A DNA stretch of 47,266 nt. Origin: Lutibacter sp. (GTDB taxonomy: Bacteria > Bacteroidota > Bacteroidia > Flavobacteriales > Flavobacteriaceae). The position numbers and the translations under genes are program-made. The DNA lies in the NCBI GenBank assembly GCA_003516285.1, contig DPCK01000113.1:1-47266 (forward strand). The letters run 5' to 3'. A model generated the notes under the pieces. That model was not told the origin of the DNA. It made no database searches and saw nothing but the letters and a program-made list of their open reading frames with translations. Below, piece by piece: positions 18,978 to 28,405 of this stretch; within the stretch, counting starts at the first letter, position 1; every line of letters begins with the position of its first letter.

Positions 18978-20513
18978 TTACCCCAGCCAACCTTCACGGT
19001 CTAAACTTCGGTATTGAATGGCTTCAGAAATATGTGATGTAGAAATCTCTGCAACACCTTCTAAATCAGCAATGGTTCTGGCAACTTTTAAAATCCGGTC
19101 GTAAGCTCTGGCAGATAAACTTAAGCGTTCCATCGCATTTTTAAGCAAGATGCTGCATTCTGGCAGCAGTTTACAATATTTTCTGATTTGTTTCACGCTC
19201 ATTTGCGCGTTGTGATGCACATTTCCAAATTCCGTAAAACGAAGGGTTTGAATTTCCCTTGCTTTGGTAACTCGTTTTCTGATTTCGGTGCTTGGTTCGC
19301 TTAATTGTTCTTCGGAAAGTTTCTCAAAAGGAACAGGATTCACTTCAATATGAATGTCAATTCTGTCTAATAACGGCCCGGAAATTTTACTGAGATATCG
19401 TTGCATTTCAAAAGGTGAAGAGGTTTTTGGCGAATCGGGATCGTTAAAATAACCGCTTGGAGACGGATTCATACTGGCCACCAACATAAAACTGCTTGGG
19501 TACGTCACCGAGAATTTCGCCCGTGAAATGGTGATTTCCCTGTCTTCCAAAGGTTGGCGCATCACTTCTAAAACGGTGCGTTTAAACTCGGGCAATTCAT
19601 CCAAAAATAAAACGCCATTGTGTGCCATAGAAATTTCTCCCGGTTGTGGATATTGTCCGCCGCCGACAAGGGCGATGTCTGAAATCGTGTGATGCGGCGA
19701 GCGAAACGGTCGCTGGCACATCAAACCGCTTTCTTTTATTTTTCCAACAACGGAATGTATTTTTGTGGTTTCAAGCGCTTCCTGCATCGTCATAGGAGGC
19801 AAAATGGAAGCCAGTCTTTTGCTTAGCATTGTTTTTCCGCTTCCCGGTGGTCCGATTAGGATGATATTATGTCCGCCAGCTGCGGCAATTTCCATAGAGC
19901 GTTTAACTGATTCCTGGCCTTTTACATCGGCAAAATCAAATTCGGGGTGCTCTAAATTTTTGTTGAATTCAAATTGGACATCAATAATTGTTTGTTCCAG
20001 TTCTGTTTTTCCGTCGAAAAAATCAATGACTTCTGTAATATTTTCAACGCCATAAACTTTTAAATCAGAGACAATTGCTGCTTCTTTGGCATTTTGTTTG
20101 GGCAGAATAAATCCTATAAAATTTTCTTCAAGCGCTTTTATGGCTATGGGCAAAGCGCCTTTTATGGGCTGTAAACTTCCGTCTAAAGAGAGTTCGCCCA
20201 TAATAATGTAGTCGCCAATTTTATTGGTATTAATTTGGTTTGAAGCGGCGAGTATGCCAATGGCCAAGGTAAGGTCGTAGGCCGAGCCTTCTTTGCGCAT
20301 ATCGGCCGGAGCCATATTGATGGTGATTTTTTTGCCCGGAAAATGGTATTTGTTGTTTTTTAATGCTGCTGAAATCCGGAAACTGCTTTCTTTTATTGCA
20401 TTATCCGGCAATCCAACTAAATGGTATCCAATACCTTTGTCAATATTTACCTCCACAGTAATATTGGTGGCTTCAACGCCGAACACGGCGCTGCCATAAA
20501 CTTTTTCCAGCAT
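18978..20513 (-). CDS. comM: YifB/ComM Mg-chelatase-like AAA+ ATPase
   Basis: [52 protein letters not shown]. Confidence 0.93.
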   Translation of the reverse strand: MLEKVYGSAVFGVEATNITVEVNIDKGIGYHLVGLPDNAIKESSFRISAALKNNKYHFPGKKITINMAPADMRKEGSAYDLTLAIGILAASNQINTNKIGDYIIMGELSLDGSLQPIKGALPIAIKALEENFIGFILPKQNAKEAAIVSDLKVYGVENITEVIDFFDGKTELEQTIIDVQFEFNKNLEHPEFDFADVKGQESVKRSMEIAAAGGHNIILIGPPGSGKTMLSKRLASILPPMTMQEALETTKIHSVVGKIKESGLMCQRPFRSPHHTISDIALVGGGQYPQPGEISMAHNGVLFLDELPEFKRTVLEVMRQPLEDREITISRAKFSVTYPSSFMLVASMNPSPSGYFNDPDSPKTSSPFEMQRYLSKISGPLLDRIDIHIEVNPVPFEKLSEEQLSEPSTEIRKRVTKAREIQTLRFTEFGNVHHNAQMSVKQIRKYCKLLPECSILLKNAMERLSLSARAYDRILKVARTIADLEGVAEISTSHISEAIQYRSLDREGWLG

Positions 20514-20679
20514 ATTTTTTAATTTTCATAAAAATAGCTAAAAATTTAATGCAATAAATTTTTACAGCAATGTTTGTTGCGTTTTTTTACTAATGTAAGA
20601 TATATTCACGTAAATATCAGCAGGAAGTATAAGAAATAAATACAATAATTAAATATTATTGAAAATAAATATAAAAAAA

Positions 20680-20733
20680 TTTGGAAAACAAAAAAAAATA
20701 ATTAAATTTACTGACTGAGTGATTAGTCAATAA
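20680..20733 (+). promoter_or_regulatory. Promoter and TetR-type operator of the catabolic operon
   Basis: TTTG (20680) N19 TAAATTTA (20703); imperfect palindrome TTAC-TGACTGA-GTGA-TTAGTCA-ATAA at 20708-20733 covering the predicted start site. Confidence 0.65.
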
Positions 20734-20737
20734 TAAA

Positions 20738-21304
20738 ATGAATACAGAAAACTTAAAAAAAAACAAGAAAAACGCCAAGCAACAAATTTTAAATGTTGCT
20801 TTAGAAATGTTTGCATCACAAGGGTATCATAAAACATCCACAGGCGCAATTTGCAAAGAAGCAGGAATATCTGCCGGTTTGTTATTTTATCATTTCTCTT
20901 CAAAAGAGATTTTGTTAAACGCCATTGTGAAAATGATACTTTCAAAAATTGACGGGACTTTGGATTATCAAGAAAACGATGATCCCAAAAAAGTGTTGTC
21001 AAACATTATAGATGTGTTCTTTAACTCTTTACAAAATGACAGGAAATATTGGGATTTGTATATGTCTTTATTGTACCAGCCCGATACTAAAGATCAAATT
21101 GGAAAAGGGGTTTTGGAACATTCGATAAAATACAGGCGGACTATTTTTCATTTGATGGAGTCTTTGGGATCGGCCAATCCAAAAGGAGATTCATTTGAGT
21201 TTGAAGTTTTTCGTGTAGGTGTTTTTGCTTCGTATTTAGCCAATCATAGCGAAGAATTGTTAAAAAAAGCTAAAGAAAAAATGAGATTGAAGTATTTAGA
21301 ATGA
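20738..21304 (+). CDS. TetR/AcrR family transcriptional regulator
   Basis: ILNVALEMFASQGYHKTS..ICKEAGISAGLLFYHFSSKE HTH. Confidence 0.95.
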   Translation: MNTENLKKNKKNAKQQILNVALEMFASQGYHKTSTGAICKEAGISAGLLFYHFSSKEILLNAIVKMILSKIDGTLDYQENDDPKKVLSNIIDVFFNSLQNDRKYWDLYMSLLYQPDTKDQIGKGVLEHSIKYRRTIFHLMESLGSANPKGDSFEFEVFRVGVFASYLANHSEELLKKAKEKMRLKYLE

Positions 21305-21332
21305 ATTATTAACTAACCAAACTATTATTATC

Positions 21333-23783
21333 ATGAATCAAAAAATTTTAACTTTCCTGTTTGTTTTTTTTATCTCAGGAGTGATTTTCGCGCAAGGCGG
21401 AATTAAAGGAACTGTTGTGGATGAATCTGGAGTGGCTATTTCACAGGCCGAAGTTTTCATTAAAAGTACAAATCAAGGAACAATCACCAACAATAAGGGT
21501 GAATTTGAACTTAGTAATGTTACAAATGGAACTTATACTGTTTCCTTTATTTATATAGGATTTGTAACAGTTGACAAAAGTGTTACCATCAATAACAATG
21601 TTGTAAATCTTGGTGTAATTACCTTAAACAGCAGTTATCAGGTATTTGAGGAAGTGGTTGTTTCCGGGTCTCGAAAAATGGAAAAAATAACGCAAGCACC
21701 GGTTACAATTAACGTAATTAGCGCGCGACAGCTGGATAATTTTGTGGGTGATCCAAGTGAATTGATTGCCCAACAAAAAGGGATTGATTTTATCAAAACC
21801 GGTGCTTTTGTGAGCGGATTTAATATTCGCGGATTTAACTCGGCATTCAATCCTAAAATGTTGCAATTAGATGATAACCGCTTTTCAACACTTATCGCAA
21901 CAGGTTTGCCATTTGGACCATTAAGTTCCATCATAAAAGAAGATATTGAAAGGGTGGAAATCGTTTTAGGACCTTCATCTGCGTTATACGGACCAAATGC
22001 CCACAACGGATTGGTAAATACCATTACAAAAACACCTTGGAAATATGAAGGAACTGAAATTGTTTTAGGAGCGGGTTCTTACGATGCTTTAAGTGCTCGT
22101 TTTAGACATGCTAATATATTGAATGATAAATGGGCTTATAAAGTGACTGGCGGTTATGCGGAAGGAACTGACGTAAATTGGACCGATTCCGTGTATGTTT
22201 ATAACCCTGGAATCGCGAAACCTGAATTGGAACTTGACCGAAAATCTAAATTTTTAAAAGCAGAAGCGTCGGTTTATTACAAACCAACTACAGACAGTGA
22301 GGTAAAAGCCATTTACGGAACAAGTAAAAGCAGCTATTTGGCAGTTACAAATGTTGGAAGGAATCAAATTAAAGATTGGGGAATTCAATTTTTGCAAGGA
22401 ACCTATACTTCAAAACGTTTGTTTGCACAACTTTATAAAACCTGGAGTTCAACAGATGATACTTATGCCATCACTACAAGAACCGAAAATTATTGGAATT
22501 TAATTAAAGCAGGAAAAACAAATGAAGAAGCTTTAGTTGGATCCTATGGAGGGAATAATCCGCCAATTTTTGTCGATAAATCAGATCGTTTAAATGCGGA
22601 GGTTCAATACAATAACAGTATTGGCGGTTTAGATTTTATTATTGGGGTACAATATCAAAAAGATAAAGCCGACAGTAGGGATACTTATTTGTTGGATGCT
22701 ACAGGGCCAATTATTATTGAACAAAAAGGATTGTACGGGCAATTGGAATACAAAATAGGGGAATCAGGCGTAAAATTAATTGCTGCAGCTCGTGGTGATG
22801 ACCACGATTTATATGGATTCAATTTTATTCCTAAAGCCGGTATTACCTATACTGTTGATAAAGGTACTTGGAGATTTACTTACGGAAAAGGAATTGCTTC
22901 ACCAACAATTTTAAATTTAAGCGGTGATTTATTTGGCGGAATTATTTTAGGTAACGGCGAAGGATTTACCTTATCCGATGGTTCAAAAATAAAGCCGGTT
23001 GAAGTTGAGACTATTCAAACGTTAGAATTAGGTTACAAAGGTTTTTTATCCGAAGGAAAATTGTTTTTGGATGCAAATACCTACTATAATATGTCTGAAA
23101 ACTTCCTAAGTCCATTGATCAATATTGTGCCAACAGGTTTGGCCGGAGGTCCGGTTGTGACACATCGTGGAGATCAGCCAATTGAAGAATTAACGGTTGG
23201 TTTGGCGCCAGGATATTATGATGCCGGCGGTTATATTTTAACGTACTTAAACTTTGGGAAAGTTGATACTTACGGATTTGATCTTGGGTTGACTTATTAT
23301 TTCAATGAAAATTATAATATGACGCTTAACTATTCCTTTTTTGATTATAAATTGGATAAAAAGGATATGGCCAATGATGGAGACAAAAATGGTGTGGTAA
23401 ATGTATTAGATTTACCAATTAATACGCCGAAAAATAAAATAAGTTCTTCTTTTAACTTTACCCGTAACAAATTTTATGGGTCAATCTTATCTCGTTACAT
23501 TCAAAAGTATGATTTCTTTTCAGGAAGAAATGTGGCTGCCAAAACCAATACAGATTTAATAATTGGAGGAGATCCTGTTGTTGAAGGCCAACGAGTTGGA
23601 AAAAAATTCAATTACGGTCAGTTAGGCGGTTTCTTCTTAAGCTTAAATTTAGGCTATAATATTAATGACCACTTTTCATTAGGTGCTTATGTAAACAATA
23701 TTTTGGACACAAACAATTATGAATTTGTGGCTTCGCCGCCAAGTGAGAGAACTTTCGGTGCAGAGTTGAAAATAAAATTCTAA
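21333..23783 (+). CDS. TonB-dependent receptor (non-SusC type, no susD partner)
   Basis: Signal peptide, CarboxypepD-like N-domain, EEVVVSG TonB box region, IERVEIVLGPSSALYG plug motif, terminal Phe. Confidence 0.92.
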   Translation: MNQKILTFLFVFFISGVIFAQGGIKGTVVDESGVAISQAEVFIKSTNQGTITNNKGEFELSNVTNGTYTVSFIYIGFVTVDKSVTINNNVVNLGVITLNSSYQVFEEVVVSGSRKMEKITQAPVTINVISARQLDNFVGDPSELIAQQKGIDFIKTGAFVSGFNIRGFNSAFNPKMLQLDDNRFSTLIATGLPFGPLSSIIKEDIERVEIVLGPSSALYGPNAHNGLVNTITKTPWKYEGTEIVLGAGSYDALSARFRHANILNDKWAYKVTGGYAEGTDVNWTDSVYVYNPGIAKPELELDRKSKFLKAEASVYYKPTTDSEVKAIYGTSKSSYLAVTNVGRNQIKDWGIQFLQGTYTSKRLFAQLYKTWSSTDDTYAITTRTENYWNLIKAGKTNEEALVGSYGGNNPPIFVDKSDRLNAEVQYNNSIGGLDFIIGVQYQKDKADSRDTYLLDATGPIIIEQKGLYGQLEYKIGESGVKLIAAARGDDHDLYGFNFIPKAGITYTVDKGTWRFTYGKGIASPTILNLSGDLFGGIILGNGEGFTLSDGSKIKPVEVETIQTLELGYKGFLSEGKLFLDANTYYNMSENFLSPLINIVPTGLAGGPVVTHRGDQPIEELTVGLAPGYYDAGGYILTYLNFGKVDTYGFDLGLTYYFNENYNMTLNYSFFDYKLDKKDMANDGDKNGVVNVLDLPINTPKNKISSSFNFTRNKFYGSILSRYIQKYDFFSGRNVAAKTNTDLIIGGDPVVEGQRVGKKFNYGQLGGFFLSLNLGYNINDHFSLGAYVNNILDTNNYEFVASPPSERTFGAELKIKF

Positions 23784-23808
23784 GATATTCAATCATGTTT
23801 TGTTAATT

Positions 23809-23843
23809 AAGAACATCGGTTTTTTTTGCCGATGTTCTTTTCT
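23809..23843 (+). terminator. Intra-operon hairpin / leaky terminator after the TonB receptor
   Basis: AAGAACATCGG-N9-CCGATGTTCTT followed by TTCT. Confidence 0.6.
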
Positions 23844-23863
23844 AAAAACTTCAAATTAACTTT

Positions 23864-24703
23864 ATGGAGCATCGCTTTTTAAAAGCCAATGGCATTGAGC
23901 TCCATTATTTGGAGAAAAACAGCAAACTTAAGCCAACCATAATTTTGTTGCACGGATTAAGCGCAAATGCCAATTCTTTTGAAAGTTATATGAAGCTTTT
24001 GGAAAATTATAGGGTAATATCAGTTGATTTACGTGGCAGAGGTTTAAGCGAAAAACCCAATAACGGATATTCGATGCAATCGCATGCAAAAGATATTATT
24101 GAAATGATGGATGTTTTAAAAATTGACGAAGTAATATTGGCAGGCCACTCTTTTGGTGGATTGTTGAGTGTTTTTTTGGCAGTGCATTATCCAAAACGTA
24201 TATCAAAAATAATTTTGATTGATGTAGCCGCAAAAATGCATCCGGAAGTTCGAGAATTGGTAACGCCATCCGTTATGAGTCGGCTAAAAAAAACATGGAG
24301 CACTTATAATGAATACATTGAAAATATGAAAAAAGCACCTTTTTTACAAGGGCAATGGTTGCCAGAAATGGAATCATTTTATAAAGCTGATTGCAAAGAA
24401 ACTGAAAACGGCATTGAGTCGAGATCAAATTTCGAGCATATTCAACAAGCAGTTGAGGCTGTTTTAAATCCCGGTATTCATTGGGAAGAACTAATCACTC
24501 AAATAAAACAGCCTTCAATTGTTATAAATGGCACAGAACCTTTTGTGAATAATCAGGTGTTGGTATCAAAACAACATGCAATGGAAACAGTTCATATGAT
24601 GAAAAACTGCAAATATATTGCAGTGGCAGGAAATCATGTAACCATGCTATTTGGTAAAGGAGCGAAACAAACAGTTTCGGCAATTACAAAATTTATAAAC
24701 TAA
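23864..24703 (+). CDS. Cytoplasmic alpha/beta-fold serine hydrolase (esterase)
   Basis: LLHGL oxyanion loop, DLRGRGLS, GHSFGG nucleophile elbow, GNH catalytic His; no signal peptide. Confidence 0.88.
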   Translation: MEHRFLKANGIELHYLEKNSKLKPTIILLHGLSANANSFESYMKLLENYRVISVDLRGRGLSEKPNNGYSMQSHAKDIIEMMDVLKIDEVILAGHSFGGLLSVFLAVHYPKRISKIILIDVAAKMHPEVRELVTPSVMSRLKKTWSTYNEYIENMKKAPFLQGQWLPEMESFYKADCKETENGIESRSNFEHIQQAVEAVLNPGIHWEELITQIKQPSIVINGTEPFVNNQVLVSKQHAMETVHMMKNCKYIAVAGNHVTMLFGKGAKQTVSAITKFIN

Positions 24704-24708
24704 AAAAA

Positions 24709-26217
24709 ATGACTTTAGCGTGGATTCTTTTTACAATATATTTACTGGGAACTTCCTATTTAGGTTGGATTGGCTATAAAAAAACAGACGGTTTTAGCAG
24801 TTTTGCCATAGGGAAAGGAGATATGTCTCCAATTGTTGTTGGAATTACTTTAGCCGCAAGTACTGCTTCAGCAGCAACATTTATTATAAATCCGGGATTT
24901 ATTTATGTTGATGGATTATCGGCTTGGATAAATATGTTTTTAGGAACCTATTCAGGATTTATGATTATGCTTATTATTTTATCTTTTAAGTTTAGGTCGA
25001 TGGGTGAAAAAATGAAAGCGTTAACTATTCCCGATTGGATTGGCAAACGCTATCTGTCCAAAGATTTTTCATTGTATTTTGCCTTTATAAATTTATTGTC
25101 TTTTGCATTTGTGGTTTTGTTGGTGGGCGGAATTTCTATTGTTATGCAAAAACTGCTTGGCGTCAATAACATCACAGCGCTCTTAATTACCTTAATATTT
25201 GTTACCGGCTATGTTTTTTTGGGCGGAACTTATGCCCATGTGTATACAAACGTTTTTCAGGGTATTTTAATGATTGTGGTTTCCTGTGCAATATTATGGA
25301 CCGGAATTGAGCTGATGATGGAAACCCATGACCCTGGATTTTGGGAGCAAATTTCACAGAAAGATCCAAATTTACTGAAACTTATAAATCCCGAAGGGAA
25401 ATTATTCAACGATTTCTTTTCAACTTATGTTGCGGGATTTTTTATTGGCGCTGCCTTAGTGTGCCAACCCCATATTTTGACAAAGGCATTGTATGTAAGA
25501 ACAAATAAGGATGTCCGAAATTATATCATTGTGGTTGGTGTTGTACTGTTGTTGTTTTTATTGTTGGTTTCTGCTGGTTTCTTCGCACACATTACGGTTG
25601 ATCCGGCGCAGCTTATAGATCCTTCAACCGGTGAGTTTAGGCAAGATTTGGTGATGACGGTTTATTTAGCAAATGCTTTTCCCGATTGGACTTTTACCGT
25701 GGTAAGTATTGTGTTATTAGCTGCAGCAATGTCAACCCTGGATGGATTGCTGGTAAGTATTTCCACAATTACCGCAAATGATTTGGTCATTAATCTAATT
25801 AATAAATTCAGTAAAAAGGAAATATCTGAAGAACAAAAAATGAAATTATCTTTTAGGGTAAGTCATTTGGTGCTTATTGTAATCGCGATTATGGTTTTTG
25901 TGGTTAACATAAATCCGCCAAAATTGTTGGGAATTTATGGACAAGTTGGTGTTTACGGATTGGTATTGGCCGCTTTAGCTCCTTTATTGGTGGGTGTTTT
26001 ACTAAAAAACTCACCATTAAAACTATTATGGACATCCTCAATTCTCGCGATAATTACGCATTTCGTGTTGTACTTTTATGGAAATGAATTATTTCCAAAT
26101 TCTGGATTTACATTTGCAAATCCTTCTGTAACAGCTGTATTGTCAATTATTTTAGTAATTTTTCCTACCTTAGTTATTGCTTGGTTTCTCAATAAAAAAA
26201 TTATTGAAAATGAATAA
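24709..26217 (+). CDS. Sodium:solute symporter (SSS, PanF/PutP-like)
   Basis: About 13 hydrophobic segments, SAATFIINPG, TIPDWIGKRY, YVFLGG, AAAMSTLDG Na-site motif. Confidence 0.9.
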   Translation: MTLAWILFTIYLLGTSYLGWIGYKKTDGFSSFAIGKGDMSPIVVGITLAASTASAATFIINPGFIYVDGLSAWINMFLGTYSGFMIMLIILSFKFRSMGEKMKALTIPDWIGKRYLSKDFSLYFAFINLLSFAFVVLLVGGISIVMQKLLGVNNITALLITLIFVTGYVFLGGTYAHVYTNVFQGILMIVVSCAILWTGIELMMETHDPGFWEQISQKDPNLLKLINPEGKLFNDFFSTYVAGFFIGAALVCQPHILTKALYVRTNKDVRNYIIVVGVVLLLFLLLVSAGFFAHITVDPAQLIDPSTGEFRQDLVMTVYLANAFPDWTFTVVSIVLLAAAMSTLDGLLVSISTITANDLVINLINKFSKKEISEEQKMKLSFRVSHLVLIVIAIMVFVVNINPPKLLGIYGQVGVYGLVLAALAPLLVGVLLKNSPLKLLWTSSILAIITHFVLYFYGNELFPNSGFTFANPSVTAVLSIILVIFPTLVIAWFLNKKIIENE

Positions 26218-27391
26218 AAATGTCCATATTATCGGTGCCTATAACACAAAGTTTGGCAATCTTAAAGATGAAACTATTTATAGCCTGTATGAAGAAGCTG
26301 CAAAAGGTGCCATTAATGATGCAGGTATTGATATCAATGAAATTGATGCGGTGTTTGTTGGTAATTATAGCGGCGGAAGCTTTAACAATCAGGAACATAT
26401 TGCGCCTTATGGCGTAAATATTTTGCCTGAACTGCGCTTTAAACCTATGTATAGAGCCGAAAATGCCTGTGCTTCTGGCACTTCCGCCATTCATTTGGCC
26501 GAAATGGCCATTAAAGCGGGGAAAGCAAAAAAAGTTTTGGTGATTGGGGTTGAAAAAATGAATTCTTTGGACACTAAAAATACTTCACTTGCACTTGCAA
26601 AAGCGTCATACTGGGAAAAAGAAGGAAATTTGGGTTACACTTTTCCAGGATTATTTGCCGAATACGGAAAAGGATGGATGAGCCATTATGGCTATTCACT
26701 AGAACAATTGCAAGAATATTTAGCCGAGATAGCTTCAAAAGCATATGATTTTGGAAGCCAGAATCCTTTAGCACATATGCAAAAATCGCGCAGTAAAGAA
26801 GAGCTTTTAAATCTACCCGATGAAAAAAATCCAATGATTGCCTATCCTTTGCGTTTGCACGATTGTTCGTTGATTTCTGACGGCGCAGCAGCCGTCATTT
26901 TATCGGCAGAAAAAACAAACAATTCAGTAGAAATAGTTGCAACAAGTTCAGCCAGTGATTATTTAAATATTATAGAAAGTAAAAGAAATAATTACTTTCT
27001 TGACGGCGCTTCCGAAGCAACAAAAAGAGCTTTGCAACAGGCTAAAATGACTATTGATGACATTCAAATTGCCGAAGTTCACGATTGTTTTACCATCACG
27101 GAATTGTTAATTTATAGCGCTATCGGATTGACAAAAAAAGGAAATGAATTTGAAGCTTTGTTAAATAATGATGTTTATTTGGGCGGAAGGTGTGTTATAA
27201 ATCCATCGGGAGGATTAAAATCAAAGGGACACCCTGTTGGTGCAACAGGTGTTTCCATGCATGCGCTGTTATACAAACAACTTACAGATAACGCCATTGG
27301 CGCGCGGGTAAAAAATGCGAATGCGGCTTTGGTATTAAATATTGGAGGTTCAGGAGCAACCAATATGGTTTCAATTTTAAAACGCAGTTAA
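26210..27391 (+). CDS. SCP2-type thiolase (acetyl-CoA C-acyltransferase)
   Basis: ENACASG, SDGAAA, EVHDCF, NPSGGL..KGHPVGATG; no C-terminal CxGGG; start at 26210 overlaps the SSS stop. Confidence 0.9.
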   Translation: MNKNVHIIGAYNTKFGNLKDETIYSLYEEAAKGAINDAGIDINEIDAVFVGNYSGGSFNNQEHIAPYGVNILPELRFKPMYRAENACASGTSAIHLAEMAIKAGKAKKVLVIGVEKMNSLDTKNTSLALAKASYWEKEGNLGYTFPGLFAEYGKGWMSHYGYSLEQLQEYLAEIASKAYDFGSQNPLAHMQKSRSKEELLNLPDEKNPMIAYPLRLHDCSLISDGAAAVILSAEKTNNSVEIVATSSASDYLNIIESKRNNYFLDGASEATKRALQQAKMTIDDIQIAEVHDCFTITELLIYSAIGLTKKGNEFEALLNNDVYLGGRCVINPSGGLKSKGHPVGATGVSMHALLYKQLTDNAIGARVKNANAALVLNIGGSGATNMVSILKRS

Positions 27392-27411
27392 TATAACTAC
27401 AAAACACAAAT

Positions 27412-28398
27412 ATGAGAAATGCAAAAATAATAGGTTCGGGAATGTATGTGCCGAAAAAGGTGATTCCCAACAGTTATTTCAATGAAATTTTGCAGGAAGA
27501 CGTAGACACTTGGTTGCGCGAAAATGTACAAATTTATGAAAGACGATGGTGTGCTGATGATGAATCTACAGCCGATTTATGTGTAAACGCGGCCAAAGAA
27601 ATTTTAAAAAATGCCAATATAAAAGTCGAAGATTTAGATTTAATTATTATTTCGACTGATACGCCGGAATATATTTCGCCTTCAACTGCTTCCGTGGTGC
27701 AAGACCGATTGGGCGCAGTAAATGCTGGGACTTTCGATTTAAATTCAGCCTGTTCGGGGTTTGTGACGGCATTGGATGTGGGGGCCAAATATATTCAGGC
27801 CGATGAAAATTATAAATATATTTTGGTGTTGGGCGCTTATGCAATGTCGAAACACTTAAATAAATTGGATAAAAAAACGGTTACGTTGTTTGCTGATGGC
27901 GCTTCAGGTGTCATTTTAAAATCAGATGAAAGCGGCGCCGGAATGTTGATGTCACAATTAAAAACGAAAGGCGAATACAGCAGTTGGATGGGCATTTACG
28001 GCGGTGGAACACACAGTCCAACGACAGAAGCCAATTTAAAAACCGGCGATCATCAATTAAAATTCGTCAGAAAATTTCCGAAGGAATTGAATTCTGTCAT
28101 TTGGAGCAATATGATTATTGATTTATGTAAGCGCATAGATTTAACGCCACACGATATTGACCATTATTTTATCACGCAAATAAATATAAATAGCATCAAA
28201 GAAACGTTGGATATTTTAGGTGTTGGAATGGATAAAACAACCACCATCATGCATAATTACGGTTATACAGGATCGGCTTGTATTCCAATGGCTTATCATG
28301 AAGCTATTCAAAAAAATAAAATTAAAGAAGGGGATACAGTATTATTTATAGGTTCTGGGGGCGGATTGGCTTTTGCGGGCTCAATATTTAAATTATAA
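27412..28398 (+). CDS. FabH/KAS III-fold protein with non-canonical active site
   Basis: GSGMYVP, FDLNSACSGF, LFADGA, GSGGGL; HQAN replaced by TQIN and GNT replaced by GYT. Confidence 0.88.
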   Translation: MRNAKIIGSGMYVPKKVIPNSYFNEILQEDVDTWLRENVQIYERRWCADDESTADLCVNAAKEILKNANIKVEDLDLIIISTDTPEYISPSTASVVQDRLGAVNAGTFDLNSACSGFVTALDVGAKYIQADENYKYILVLGAYAMSKHLNKLDKKTVTLFADGASGVILKSDESGAGMLMSQLKTKGEYSSWMGIYGGGTHSPTTEANLKTGDHQLKFVRKFPKELNSVIWSNMIIDLCKRIDLTPHDIDHYFITQININSIKETLDILGVGMDKTTTIMHNYGYTGSACIPMAYHEAIQKNKIKEGDTVLFIGSGGGLAFAGSIFKL

Positions 28399-28405
28399 AT
28401 AAACA

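Noticed and set aside
18978-20737. comM as integration site for the catabolic operon
   Set aside because: comM is intact; no integrase, att-like direct repeats or transposase are visible
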